A DNA stretch of 64,000 nt from the human T2T-CHM13v2.0 reference genome, Homo sapiens. The stretch lies in NCBI RefSeq assembly GCF_009914755.1, contig NC_060935.1; one strand, given 5' to 3'. Positions 13,050 through 26,199 of this stretch are shown here, piece by piece. Both the position numbers and the translations under genes were made by a program. The notes beneath the pieces are model-generated. The model did not search any database, had not been told where the DNA came from, and saw only the letters and a list, made by a program, of their open reading frames with translations. The stretch's first letter is position 1. Every line of letters starts with the position of its first letter.

Positions 13050-13210
13050 AGACCTAAGACCTATTGCTTAGTCTTGGCTATGTCACTAGTTAGCTGTGTG
13101 ATCCTGATCAAGTCACTTAAGTTCTCTGTGCCTCGGTTTCCTGATTTGTAAAATAAAATATTGTGCTAGTTTATTCTTAAATACCTTTTTAATGTCCAAC
13201 ATCTGGTGAT
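13050..13210 (+). mobile_element. MIR
   Basis: tagctgtgtgatcctgatcaagtcacttaagttctctgtgcctcggtttcctgatttgtaaaat. Confidence 0.75.
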
Positions 13211-13349
13211 TCTGCGATCCATCTTCCCTGACAAGTAGGGGAGAAATGAGTATCTCCTACTTGCAGGAAGATGACCTAACTCAATGCTCTCTGCCCTATC
13301 TTTGCTGTGACTTAGATCATTAGTAACCTGCCTTTCTGCTTTTCATCAG

Positions 13350-13545
13350 ACCCGAGAGGGACTCACTTATGGGAATTCATCCGCGACATCCTCTTGAACC
13401 CAGACAAGAACCCAGGATTAATAAAATGGGAAGACCGATCTGAGGGCGTCTTCAGGTTCTTGAAATCAGAGGCAGTGGCTCAGCTATGGGGTAAAAAGAA
13501 GAACAACAGCAGCATGACCTATGAAAAGCTCAGCCGAGCTATGAG
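13350..13545 (+). CDS. EHF: EHF coding exon (196 bp), ETS DNA-binding domain: (N)[64 protein letters not shown](R)
   Basis: ttcatcag acceptor, gtgagg donor at 13546; hallmark ETS motifs [19 protein letters not shown]. Confidence 0.98.
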
Positions 13546-13648
13546 GTGAGGAGTTTCATGTCTCTGAAAACAAAAAGGCTGTACGACCCATTATTTACCT
13601 AGCAACCTTCATCGGATCAGTCACCTTATGCAATCTCCTTTGTTACAG

Positions 13649-13748
13649 ATATTACTACAAAAGAGAAATACTGGAGCGTGTGGATGGACGAAGACTGGTA
13701 TATAAATTTGGGAAGAATGCCCGAGGATGGAGAGAAAATGAAAACTGA
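13649..13748 (+). CDS. EHF: EHF last coding exon: (R)[32 protein letters not shown]
   Basis: tgttacag acceptor after a 103-bp intron; TGA at 13746-13748. Exons here total 806 nt, which with a 97-nt upstream coding part gives 300 aa. Confidence 0.98.
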
Positions 13749-14608
13749 AGCTGCCAATACTTTGGACACAAACCAAAACACACACCAAATAATCAGAAAC
13801 AAAGAACTCCTGGATGTAAATATTTCAAAGACTACTTTTCTCTGATATTTATGTACCATGAGGGGAACAAGAAACTACTTCTAACGGGAAGAAGAAACAC
13901 TACAGTCGATTAAAAAAATTATTTTGTTACTTCGAAGTATGTCCTATATGGGGAAAAAACGTACACAGTTTTCTGTGAAATATGATGCTGTATGTGGTTG
14001 TGATTTTTTTTCACCTCTATTGTGAATTCTTTTTCACTGCAAGAGTAACAGGATTTGTAGCCTTGTGCTTCTTGCTAAGAGAAAGAAAAACAAAATCAGA
14101 GGGCATTAAATGTTTTGTATGTTACATGATTTAGAAAAAGGTGATGCATCCTCCTCACATAAGCATCCATATGGCTTCGTCAAGGGAGGTGAACATTGTT
14201 GCTGAGTTAAATTCCAGGGTCTCAGATGGTTAGGACAAAGTGGATGGATGCCGGGAAGTTTAACCTGAGCCTTAGGATCCAATGAGTGGAGAATGGGGAC
14301 TTCCAAAACCCAAGGTTGGCTATAATCTCTGCATAACCACATGACTTGGAATGCTTAAATCAGCAAGAAGAATAATGGTGGGGTCTTTATACTCATTCAG
14401 GAATGGTTTATCTGATGCCAGGGCTGTCTTCCTTTCTCCCCTTTGGATGGTTGGTGAAATACTTTAATTGCCCTGTCTGCTCACTTCTAGCTATTTAAGA
14501 GAGAACCCAGCTTGGTTCTTTTTTGCTCCAAGTGCTTAAAAATAAGTTGGAAAAAGGAGACGGTGGTGTGGAAATGGCTGAAGAGTTTGCTCTTGTATCC
14601 CTATAGTC

Positions 14609-14821
14609 CAGGGTTTCTCAATCTGCACAATTGACATTTTTGGCCGGAGTGTTCTTTGTGGTGAGGGCTTTCCTGTGCATTGTAAGATGTTCAGCAGTAT
14701 CCACTCATGGTCTCTAACCACTTGACACCAGAAACCCCCCAGCTGTGATAACGCAAAATGTCTCTAGACATCACCAAATGTTCCCTGGGGGTGGCAAATT
14801 TGCCCTTGATTGAGAACCACC
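14609..14821 (+). mobile_element. MER20 (hAT-Charlie) inside the EHF 3' UTR
   Basis: cagggtttctcaa ... tcctgtgcattgtaagatgttcagcag ... aaaatgtctctagacat ... ttgagaaccac with inverted termini. Confidence 0.8.
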
Positions 14822-17800
14822 AGTTTAGCTAGTCAATATGAGGATGGTGGTTTATTCTCAGAAGAAAAAGATATGTAAGGTCTTTTAGCTCCTTAGAGTG
14901 AAGCAAAAGCAAGACTTCAACCTCAACCTATCTTTATGTTTTAAATGTTAGGGACAATAAGTTGAAATAGCTAGAGGAGCTTCTTTTCAGAACCCCAGAT
15001 GAGAGCCAATGTCAGATAAAGTAAGCATAGTAATGTAGCAGGAACTACAATAGAAGACATTTTCACTGGAATTACAAAGCAGAATTAAAATTATATTGTA
15101 GAAGGAAACACCAAGAAAAGAATTTCCAGGGAAAATCCTCTTTGCAGGTATTAATTCTTATAATTTTTTGTCTTTTGGATTATCTGTTTACTGTCTCATC
15201 TGAACTGATCCCAGGTGAACGGTTTATTGCCTAGATTTGTACTCAGAGGAATTTTTTTTGTTTTGTTTTGTCTTTTAAGAAAGGAAAGAAAGGATGAAAA
15301 AAATAAACAGAAAACTCAGCTCAGGCACAATTGTCACCAAGGAGTTAAAAGCTTCTTCTTCAATAGAGGAATTGTTCTGGGGGTCCTGGAGACTTACCAT
15401 TGAGCCATGCAATCTGGGAAGCACAGGAATAAGTAGACACTTTGAAAATGGATTTGAATGTTCTCATCCCTTTTGCAGCTTTTCTTTTTGGCTCTCTCAT
15501 GTCCTTGGCTTGCTCCTCTATTCTACCTCTCTTTCTCCAGCAATAATATGCAAATGAAGACATGTATCCATAAGAAGGAGTGCTCTTCATCAACTAATAG
15601 AGCACCTACCACAGTGTCATACCTGGTAGAGGTGAGCAATTCATATTCAAAGGTTGCAAAGTGTTTGTAATATATTCATGAGGCTGGAAGTAAGAAGAAT
15701 TAAAAATTTGTCCTAATTACAATGAGAACCATTCTAGGTAGTGATCTTGGAGCACACATGAATAACTTTCTGAAGGTGCAACCAAATCCATTTTTATTTC
15801 TGCCTGGCTTGGTCACCTCTGTAAAGGTTTAACTTAGTGTTGTCAAGTAACAGTTACTGAAAGAGCTGAGAAAAAGAACAATGAACAGCAACGATCTTGA
15901 CTGTGCAACTCAGACATTCCTGCAGAAAAGACATATGTTGCTTTACAAGAAGGCCAAAGAACTATGGGGCCTTCCCAGCATTTGACTGTTCATTGCATAG
16001 AATGAATTAAATATCCAGTTACTTGAATGGGTATAATGCATGAATATTTGTGTGTCTGTGTGTGTGTCTGAGTTGTGTGATTTTATTAGGGGCATCTGCC
16101 AATTCTCTCACTGTGGTTCCTTCTCTGACTTTGCCTGTTCATCATCTAAGGAGGCTAGATCCTTCGCTGACTTCACCATTCCTCAAACCTGTAAGTTTCT
16201 CACTTCTTCCAAATTGGCTTTGGCTCTTTCTGCAACCTTTCCATTCAAGAGCAATCTTTGCTAAGGAGTAAGTGAATGTGAAGAGTACCAACTACAACAA
16301 TTCTACAGATAATTAGTGGATTGTGTTGTTTGTTGAGAGTGAAGGTTTCTTGGCATCTGGTGCCTGATTAAGGCTTGAGTATTAAGTTCTCAGCATATCT
16401 CTCTATTGTCTTGACTTGAGTTTGCTGCATTTTCTATGTGCTGTTCGTGACTTGGAGAACTTAAAGTAATCGAGCTATGCCAACTTGGGGTGGTAACAGA
16501 GTACTTCCCACCACAGTGTTGAAAGGGAGAGCAAAGTCTTATGGATAAACCCTCCTTTCTTTTGGGGACACATGGCTCTCACTTGAGAAGCTCACCTGTG
16601 CTGAATGTCCACATGGTCACTAAACATGTTATCCTTAAACCCCCCGTATGCCTGAGTTGAAAGGGCTCTCTCTTATTAGGTTTTCATGGGAACATGAGGC
16701 AGCAAATCTATTGCTAAGACTTTACCAGGCTCAAATCATCTGAGGCTGATAGATATTTGACTTGGTAAGACTTAAGTAAGGCTCTGGCTCCCAGGGGCAT
16801 AAGCAACAGTTTCTTGAATGTGCCATCTGAGAAGGGAGACCCAGGTTGTGAGTTTTCCTTTGAACACATTGGTCTTTTCTCAAAGTTCCTGCCTTGCTAG
16901 ACTGTTAGCTCTTTGAGGACAGGGACTATGTCTTATCAATCACTATTATTTTCCTGTTACCTAGCATGGGACAAGTACACAACACATATTTGTTCAATGA
17001 ATGAATGAATGTCTTCTAAAAGACTCCTCTGATTGGGAGACCATATCTATAATTGGGATGTGAATCATTTCTTCAGTGGAATAAGAGCACAACGGCACAA
17101 CCTTCAAGGACATATTATCTACTATGAACATTTTACTGTGAGACTCTTTATTTTGCCTTCTACTTGCGCTGAAATGAAACCAAAACAGGCCGTTGGGTTC
17201 CACAAGTCAATATATGTTGGATGAGGATTCTGTTGCCTTATTGGGAACTGTGAGACTTATCTGGTATGAGAAGCCAGTAATAAACCTTTGACCTGTTTTA
17301 ACCAATGAAGATTATGAATATGTTAATATGATGTAAATTGCTATTTAAGTGTAAAGCAGTTCTAAGTTTTAGTATTTGGGGGATTGGTTTTTATTATTTT
17401 TTTCCTTTTTGAAAAATACTGAGGGATCTTTTGATAAAGTTAGTAATGCATGTTAGATTTTAGTTTTGCAAGCATGTTGTTTTTCAAATATATCAAGTAT
17501 AGAAAAAGGTAAAACAGTTAAGAAGGAAGGCAATTATATTATTCTTCTGTAGTTAAGCAAACACTTGTTGAGTGCCTGCTATGTGCACGGCATGGGCCCA
17601 TATGTGTGAGGAGCTTGTCTAATTATGTAGGAAGCAATAGATCTCGGTAGTTACGTATTGGGCAGATACTTACTGTATGAATGAAAGAACATCACAGTAA
17701 TCACAATATCAGAGCTGAATTATCCTCAGTGTAGCTTCTTGGAATTCAGTTTCTGGAACTAGAGATAGAGCATTTATTAAAAAAAACTCCTGTTGAGACT

Positions 17801-18076
17801 GTGTCTTATGAACCTCTGAAACGTACAAGCCTTCACAAGTTTAACTAAATTGGGATTAATCTTTCTGTAGTTATCTGCATAATTCTTGTTTTTCTTTCCA
17901 TCTGGCTCCTGGGTTGACAATTTGTGGAAACAACTCTATTGCTACTATTTAAAAAAAATCAGAAATCTTTCCCTTTAAGCTATGTTAAATTCAAACTATT
18001 CCTGCTATTCCTGTTTTGTCAAAGAATTATATTTTTCAAAATATGTTTATTTGTTTGATGGGTCCCAGGAAACACT

Positions 18077-18082
18077 AATAAA
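18077..18082 (+). terminator. Probable distal polyadenylation signal of EHF
   Basis: AATAAA followed ~25 nt later by gcgtgtttcattcttc. Confidence 0.7.
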
Positions 18083-18199
18083 AACCACAGAGACCAGCCT
18101 GGAAATGCGTGTTTCATTCTTCAATAAGCCATTCAATGCTGGGCTTAGAGAAAATGCACTTAGCCTCTAGCAACAGAACACATACAGCTTCTGCGTTAC

Positions 18200-18820
18200 T
18201 TTACTCAAAAAGCATTTATCGAGCATCTACTTCGTGCCAGATATTGTTCTAGGCACCAAATTATAGCAGAGGATGAAAGAGACAAAAATCTCTGCTCTCA
18301 TAAAATTTATGTTGTATTGAGTAGAAACAGTCAAGAAAAAACACAAATAAATAAATAAAGCATAGCATATTGGATGTGTAGTAAAGAAATATAGAGGAAC
18401 AGAGACTGCTAGAGCACTTAATACAATAAGGGCATGCTGTAAATTTAGGCAGTGTTAAGAAGGAAACATTTCAGTAAAGAACTGAAGGATCTAAAGGAAG
18501 GAGCCACACAGATATACAGATAACTGGGGGAGTGCTCCATACTGAAGTGATGTGAGAGGGTCCTAAGGTGGGTGTGTTCCTTATCATGCCCAGGGAACAG
18601 TGAGGAGGTCTGTTTGCCAGAGTAGACCGGCAATAGTTAAGAAATGGTGAAACAGAGGTACTGGTGGGCCAGATCACATAGAGGCCATTACGAAGGCTCT
18701 AGTTTTTCCTTTGCATGCGTGTGATGGAGATACTAGAGGAGTGACATGATCCAACTTCTGGTTTAAAAGGATTCTTCTGGCTGTTGTTTTGAGAATGGAT
18801 TGCAGGAAGGCATTCAATGC
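18200..18820 (-). mobile_element. L2 fragment just 3' of the EHF poly(A) site
   Basis: gcatttatcgagcatctacttcgtgccagatattgttctaggcac ... gtgacatgatccaacttctggtttaaaaggatt. Confidence 0.7.
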
Positions 18821-19794
18821 TGGATATAAAGAAAGGTAGAAAAGATGACCCTTATATCCAGGTCTCTAATACAATACTTAAAAATGTCACCAGGCAGTAA
18901 GTGAGCTCCAGTAGTTCATAGCACGTTTCTCCCTGGGTCCAGAAAGCCTCAGCTATTTAGTCACATAATTTCATAAATGATCATGAAATCAATAATAGCT
19001 AACTACTCTGGGAAGATTCACTTGTCCCAGGAATTATGATAATGCTATTTACATATATTATTATATTCATTTCTCATATAAGCCTGGATTTATAGATATT
19101 ATCTCCAATTTTCATATGAGGGAAATGAAGATCAGAAAAGTTAAGTGACTTTCTGAAGGTCACACAGCTGGTAATAAGGGGTAGATCTGGCATTGTTTAC
19201 ACACGTCCCTCTTTCCTCCCTACCATCCCCAACGCAAGTCCATGTTCTACCAGTAATATTTCTCTAGTTTCTCAGGACGCTAATGTTTTACACACACACA
19301 CACACATGCACACACATAGAGGTTTCTATAGTTAAACAGAGCTAGTTACTGTAAGACTTCTCAGAGTTTTTACTATGATAATGTGCATTGTGAATCTACA
19401 AGAGAGGGAAAAAGTGTGCCCACTTCCCTAAGCCTATTTGACGATGGACACCTTTCATCAAAGGAGACCTCATGAAACCAGCACCCCTTAGGACACTCCT
19501 AATCTTTAAAAATTACTTCTCAGAAGAGGCAATATTTTTCATGTTTGGGCCGAATAAGTTTTCTGATAATATTTCTGCACATCAAACTTGGCCAGCTTTG
19601 AATATATTCCATTTTTTCCTCCTTGAGAAGAAATCCCTCACTTACTGACCTGGGCATTATTTATCTGCGTTGATGCATTTCTCAGTAATCACAAAGACCT
19701 TGCAAAGTGACTCTTTGAAAACTATGAACCCTCCTCAATTTTAACTCATTAGAATTATCTACTCAAAACTACAGGCTGTAGCCCCAGGTGACAA

Positions 19795-19962
19795 TTTAAG
19801 TTTAAATTACTTACAATTATATAAATTAAAATTTAAGTTTCTAATCACACTGATCCACTTTTCAAGTGCCGAATAGTCGCATATGGCTAATGGTTATTTT
19901 ATTTGACAGTGGAGTACAGAACATTTCCATCATCAGAGAAAATTCCATAGGACAGTACTGTT
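19795..19962 (+). mobile_element. MER3/MER33-type hAT element
   Basis: tttcaagtgc..aatagtcgcatatggcta ... agaacatttccatcatc..agaaaattccataggacagtactg. Confidence 0.7.
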
Positions 19963-20479
19963 CTAAAATCTGACCTGGGAGGGTCGGGTAAGGGTGGAAA
20001 GGATAGTGATCAAAGCTAACCAACAGTGAAATAAGATTCCTGGGAGCCTTAGAAACCAAAGGTGACCCTGAATTGTAGAGAACAAAAAATAAAGATCCAA
20101 AGCAAATAACTGTGTTTGCTGGAGTGATGACAGTAGCTGCCAGTACAAACAGGTTTGATGTTGTCAGTGGAGCCTTGGTGTGGGAGGATTTGATTATTCT
20201 TATCTCCAAACCCCAAAAATACCCTACAGTCATTAATATGAATTTTCCAAGGATGTGGCTTTTTGGTGGATAATATTGGCATTAAGGGAAGATGACCAAA
20301 ATGGGAAGGGAAATGAAAGGTCCCCAAATAGAAATGGTTGCCACTGCCCACTCCGCTATAAATGGCACTAATACCACTTTCTTCCTTCTTTTCAAGAACG
20401 ACTTCTTGCATAAGTCATCTGCCCTTAGGCGCTCTTTCCTTATAAATCAATTCTCCTTCATTACTATCATGATCTGGCC

Positions 20480-21085
20480 TCTGTTCACATCAAGTCACTG
20501 ACAATGCCCTACTGGAGGTCATAGTCAAACTCATTTCTGCCTCAGGAACTTTCCTATAGCTGTTCCCTATACTGACAACGCACTTTCGATCTTCATGTGG
20601 CTGGTTCCTTTTAGTAATGCAGTCTCAGTTCAAAACGTTGCTTTCCTGATTGTACTTGCTTTAGCTGCCCACCTACCTCGCGTTGCTTCCTATTATATTG
20701 TCCACATTTAATCTTCACAGAACTTACAGTATCTGAAATTATTTTTTAAAATTCATTAGTTTACCAAGTCCTTATGATTTTGTCTCTGACCAATCAGCAT
20801 TCCTGGCTCACTGGCTTCCCTCCACCCACCAAGTTATCCTTAAAAACTCTGCTCCCCGAATGTCTGGGGAACCTGATTTGAGTAATAATAAAACTCTGGT
20901 CTCCCACCTCCCAAAATTCATTACTTTTATAGTATTTCTTATCCCTGCTAGAACATAAGCTCTTGGAGAGCAGGAGCCAGAAACTTCCATGTTGGCCAAT
21001 GTGTTCCTAGAGCGACAATGTGCCTGACATGTCCCCCTGACCCCATAAATATTTGTAGAATAAATAAATAAATAAATACATAAAT
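20480..21085 (+). mobile_element. L2 fragment interrupted by a short LTR8-like insert
   Basis: ctagaacataagctcttggagagcagg ... ataaatatttgtagaataaataaat 3' end. Confidence 0.65.
20759..20912 (+). mobile_element. LTR8-like (ERV1) fragment flanked by 11-bp direct repeats
   Basis: gaccaatcagca ... cccaccaagttatccttaaaaactctg ... tgatttgagtaataataaaactctggtctccc matches remembered LTR8; aaaattcatta at 20748-20758 and 20913-20923. Confidence 0.75.
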
Positions 21086-21556
21086 AAATAAAGGACATGC
21101 TTATTTTCAAATTCCAAGGCCTTTCTTTTGACTTTATGATTTTTGACACTGGTGACACCCTACCCCCTTTAATTTTGGAAAATAATCTAAGCCCTTGTTT
21201 TCCGCACCAATGAAATTCTTGCCCTCTGCTTTCCTGAGTATTCGTTCTTCAGTTCTTTCTCTTCCCATTCTTCTGTCTGTGTTCCCCAAGATTAAATCCT
21301 CAGCCCCCTTCTTTCTCCCCATTCTTTGCCTCAAAGTTTAGCCTCTTGAAAGGTCAGCCTCAAGAAACTTCATAATGATATAAGGGAGGTACAGACTGTT
21401 TTCTTCCTGGTCCTGACTTCAACTCTAACTGGCTGGAGACTATGAACCTGTCATTTCTCCATTCCTTAGTTTCTTCTTCTATGAAATGGGGACATACCTT
21501 CTTCTCAGTGTTGTGGGAATCAAGCAAACAGATTCTAGCCCCTGTTCATTTCATAA

Positions 21557-21861
21557 TTTTTTTTTTTTTGAGATGGAGTTTCGTTCTTGTTGCTCAGGCT
21601 GGAGTGCAATGGTGCAATCTCAGCTCACCACAACCTCCGCCTCCTGGGTTTGAGCGATTTTCCTGCCTAAGCCCCCTGAGTAGCTGGGATTACAGGCATG
21701 CACCACCATGCCTGGCTAATTTTGTATTTTTTTTTTTTTTTTAGTAGAGACGAGGTTTCTCCATGTTGGTCAGGCTGGTCTCAAACTCTCGACCTCAGGT
21801 GATCCGTCCCCCTCAGCTTCCCAAAGTGCTGGGATTACAGGTGTGAGCCACCACACCCGGC
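21557..21861 (-). mobile_element. AluS (Sq/Sp-like), full length
   Basis: Reverse-complement Alu with poly(T); imperfect TSD cattt(c/a)ataatttt. Confidence 0.95.
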
Positions 21862-23644
21862 GCATTTAATAATTTTAAAGGGTTTATATGTGCAGGCATT
21901 GTGCAAAGCACTTTGATTTTATTTTTTCTTGTAACCCTCACTCTAACCTCACGAGACAAGTTTGGGAAATTGAGGTTCAGAGAGGTGAAGAATTGTACCT
22001 GAGTTCATTCTGCTGATGTGGAAGAGCTGCTATTTGAATCTCTGCCTGGCTGAAACCGGAATTTAGGTCTTAAACATAATGTTCTATTGTCTTCCTTTGA
22101 AAGCATTAAGAAAATAAGTAAGCACTAAACAAAGTAAGAAACTTATTTTTGAATTTATGATGACCCAAAGAGAGGTATTAATATTTAGAGTGTCTAGTAT
22201 GGGAATACAATGATAACTAGTCAACATGGTGTCTTCAAGTCATTTTACCCTGTGTTAAAGGGCATAACTGACCGTCGCTGGGTAAGGACTAAGATTCAAA
22301 GAGGATTTGATATCTGATCTGCCTTAAAATCATAGCCCCAGAGCTGGAAGATTATTTGGTACAAACTCTTCTCATAAGAGTTTAGAGAGCTTAAAGAGCA
22401 AACTCAAGGTCACCCAGGCTCTTGGCTAGAAGGGGAAACCAGTCTTCCCACTTTCCTCTTCAAAAATCCCACCCAATGTGAATCTTCTTGGCCATGGTCC
22501 CCCCATATTCACAGGGCTCTTCCATCCTCAAAGCAGAGACATCTTCAGGGAAGCTCCTTTTTTCTCCTGGACTCCATGGTGATACCACGCAACTTTCTTG
22601 TGCTGATTCCTCAAATCCAGCCAACATCATCTTCCCTCTGGGCCACAGCCAAGTCAGGCAGGAAGAACTGCACATCCTAGACATTGGTGGAAGGGCCGAT
22701 GTATGGAACCAGAGGGACCATGTCAGCGCTGTTAAGAAATGATGGATGCAAAAGTCCCAGCACTTCTGAGGAAGGGACACAGAGTGTTCCTGGAATCTGG
22801 TAAAAGATCCCATTAATCATCACTTCTGTCTTCTCTCCTCTGCTTCACTGTGTGTATGTGTGTGTATGTGTGTGTGTGTTTATGTGTTGTATGTTTGTAT
22901 GTCTGCCTGCCCTTCTCTCTCTTGCTCTCTGTGTCTCTTTCAGAGTCCCTGTTCCTTTCCCATACCCTTCCTTCTTCTTGCTCACCAATCCCTTTCAGAC
23001 TCCTTCCCCCTCCAAACCTGTCTTTCCAGGTTGCTGAAAGACAGAGCCAACAAGAGGACAGTCCAGGACCAGGAATGGTGCCATCTCTCTGAAAGCCTCA
23101 GCGGTGACAATAACAAATGGTATTTACCTAAGAGTTATTAACACATCAACTGTTCTCTCCTTTACTGTTTAGTCATGTCACTCAGCACTAATGGACTTTT
23201 CCAATGGCAAACAGAAAGAGAAGAAGGAAAACAAACAGTGCATTCACACTAGATAGAATCAGTGATCCCTGCTGAAGCTGTGAAAACAGAGGGCATCTCT
23301 TAGGTTTGACCTGAGGACACGTCTCACCTGGATGTGGATTGCAAGATTCTGGGCCTATGCTGGACTCTCCACCAAGGTTTCCTATGAGAGAGAAAGCAAG
23401 GAGAAGTGAAGGACATGGCTTCATGGTGCAAGAAATAAGTGCTTTACTTATTCAACACTTTCAACTATGAATTGATGACAATCAAGGTTCACGGCACTAG
23501 GTGCTGCCATATTGCACCAGACAGACTGAAGACAAGGTTGTGAGTGGTCCAAGTTCGCACAGTAGGTCAGCATGAGAGCTCATCTCACTTCCAGTTTTAC
23601 TCCACCATGCTGCCTCCATTGATGCTCATTCTTCTCTCTCTCTC

Positions 23645-23942
23645 TTTTTTTTTTTTAAAGACAGGATCTCACTTTGTCACCCAGGCTGGAGGGCAGTGGC
23701 ATAATCAGGGCTCACTGCACTCTTGACCTCCTGGATTCAAGCAGCTCTCCAGCCTCAGCTTCCCGAGTGGCTGGGACTACAGGTACACATCACCACAACT
23801 GGCTAATTTTAAAATTCTTTTTTAGAGACAGGGGCTTTCTATGTTGCCCAGGCTAGTCTCGAACTCCTGGACTCAAGCAACCCTCCCACCTTGGCCTCCA
23901 AATCCATGCCTGGGATTATAGGCATGAGCCGCTGTTCCTGGC
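23645..23942 (-). mobile_element. AluJ
   Basis: Diverged reverse-complement Alu with gaactcctggactcaagcaaccctcccacc. Confidence 0.9.
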
Positions 23943-26199
23943 TCCATTCTTTCTTTAGTAAGGAAACTGGAATACAGGCTAACAGAGTAAAAAGCACAGG
24001 CTTTTGAGTTGGAACAACTCTTGTTTTAATTCACATACCTTCACTTACAAGGTGGGTGACCTTGGACAAGTGGCTTAAACTCTTTAAGCCTCAGCTTCCT
24101 CATGAAAAAGCAGAGGTTCTAAGTGGGAGCTTATACTTATGGGGAAGAGAACCAAATAACTAGGGTATTACATTGCAGTATGATCAATAACGGGGAACTG
24201 CAGGGAGACAGTATGCCTGGTTTCCAGGCATGGCTGTAACTCTAAGTAGCCATGGACCCTACGCAAGTTTTAAAAACGCTATTGCCTTAGTTTCTTTGCC
24301 TGTAAATCACTGTAAATCAATAGATTGGACTAGATCATCTCAGGCCATTCCAAACAGAAAGTTCCAGGAATTTATGAAAATAAGTTTGAATCAAGTCCAA
24401 CATTTCTTTAAATGTTTATATCTCAGCCACACTATTTAAAAATGGCTTCCCTTATGCCCCTAGAACGGATTGGGAGCTAAAGTGAATGCTGAGTCATCTC
24501 TAGTGGAGTTTTAGGGTTGAGTAGGTGGGAGGGGAGTGGAGAAAAAATCAGCAGAGCCTGGATCCCTGGACATACTTAGCCAATTCCAAGGGATGCTGTC
24601 CTTTCGGATCTAAGAATTGTATCCCCATCTGCTAACACTGCTTCTTGGGGACCTGGCTCACAGGTAACCATGAAGGCTGATACTGATTAAGTGTTTACTC
24701 TGTGTCAGACAAAGTGTCGCACTTTACCTGTATTTCACTTAACTCTATGAGCAAGGTGCTGTCATTATTATCATCTTTCCCTGGGGAGGAAGATACTGAG
24801 ATTCAGAATAATTATGTAAATTTCCCAAGTGGCAGAATTAGGATTTGAACCCAGCTCCCAAGCAATGGCATTTCTTTCAGTGAAACTCCTAAACTGCTAA
24901 AGGAAGCACTGCCTGAGGTTTGAACAGCTAAGAGAAGTCCCTTCTTTCTTTGAGTCTGCTTTCTTAGAAACAGGAAGGAAGTAGACTTTTGCCAAAAACA
25001 CAAAAATAAACAGGTCCCTGGGGCACCATGTGTAATTTGAAATTCAAAACTCTTGAGAGATGTTGCCTTTTCTTGAGTCTGGTTGGTCCCAGCAATGCTA
25101 ATGATGGAATCACAGATTGGACTCTCAGGGAGCTCCTGCAACAGGAATACCCTACATGTCTACTAAGAGTGTTGGTCTTAGGGAGTATGTTTGGTGTGTG
25201 AGTGATGCAAAGTTAGGATACAAGATGGCAGAAAAAAGAAAGGTGATCTCTGGTCCTGGCAGCCAGGAAATCCTCCCCCAAAGCATGGAATTTAATTTCC
25301 ATTAAAAGGCAGTAATCATTTTCATTTCTAATATTATAACTTAAAAAACCTGATGTCTGATCATTATAAAAAATGAAATATAGAAAATACAAAGGAAGTT
25401 AAAAAATATATACTACAAATCTCACAACTAAAAGAATCATTGTATACATTTGGTAGACAACTTTCGAGGCTTCTAGAATAATAAAAAGATAGATGATTGA
25501 GGGGTGGAAACTGAGAGGGTGCAGTGAATCAAGATTTGCAAAACTTTGTATCAGTCATATTAATACATTAGTTATTCATTAAAAAGAATAATTGTACAGA
25601 CAAATAATTTTATAATAATACAAACTGACATGCTATTTAAGAATTAAAAATTAGCCAATTTGACTTGAACTCAACTTGAAGAAAAAGATATGGAGTCAAT
25701 TCAAATAAATGTTCTTTTAATATATGGTATCTTCAAGAGATATGTGTATGTTTATAAAAATAAAATTATGAAAAGACTGATATTGGGGTAATTATGCTTT
25801 TACAAAATCCATTCATTTTTAGATAGGATTGGTTAGCTCCTTGCTGTAAAAGATGATAAAATTAACTCTCGTGTTGTTTTTCATATTTTCCTTTCCCTAC
25901 TTACTGATTTGGGTTAGTCTATTTTCATTTTTATTTTACTGAGATTTAAATACTTTTATTCTTTTTGACAAAATCAGGACCAAAATCCCAAAGTTGTTTA
26001 GTCTTAGATCTAAATCTATGTGTGTCAAATATTTGCTACCTGTTCTTTCACATTTATTACTCATCTTGTACTTCTTTATTTGGATTCACCTCTTGGTTGG
26101 CCAGGTTTCATAATGTAATGAATTCTTCTTGGTTCCTCCTGAGTTTACATTCTTCTCTTCTCTCTTTCTGCGAGTTCTCAGTTTATATGGGGAACTATG

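Larger units (their letters stand above)
13749..18105 (+). other. EHF: EHF long 3' UTR (~4.35 kb; end approximate)
   Basis: Follows stop codon; ends at AATAAA 18077-18082 with downstream GT/T-rich tract; consistent with the remembered >5 kb mRNA. Confidence 0.75.
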
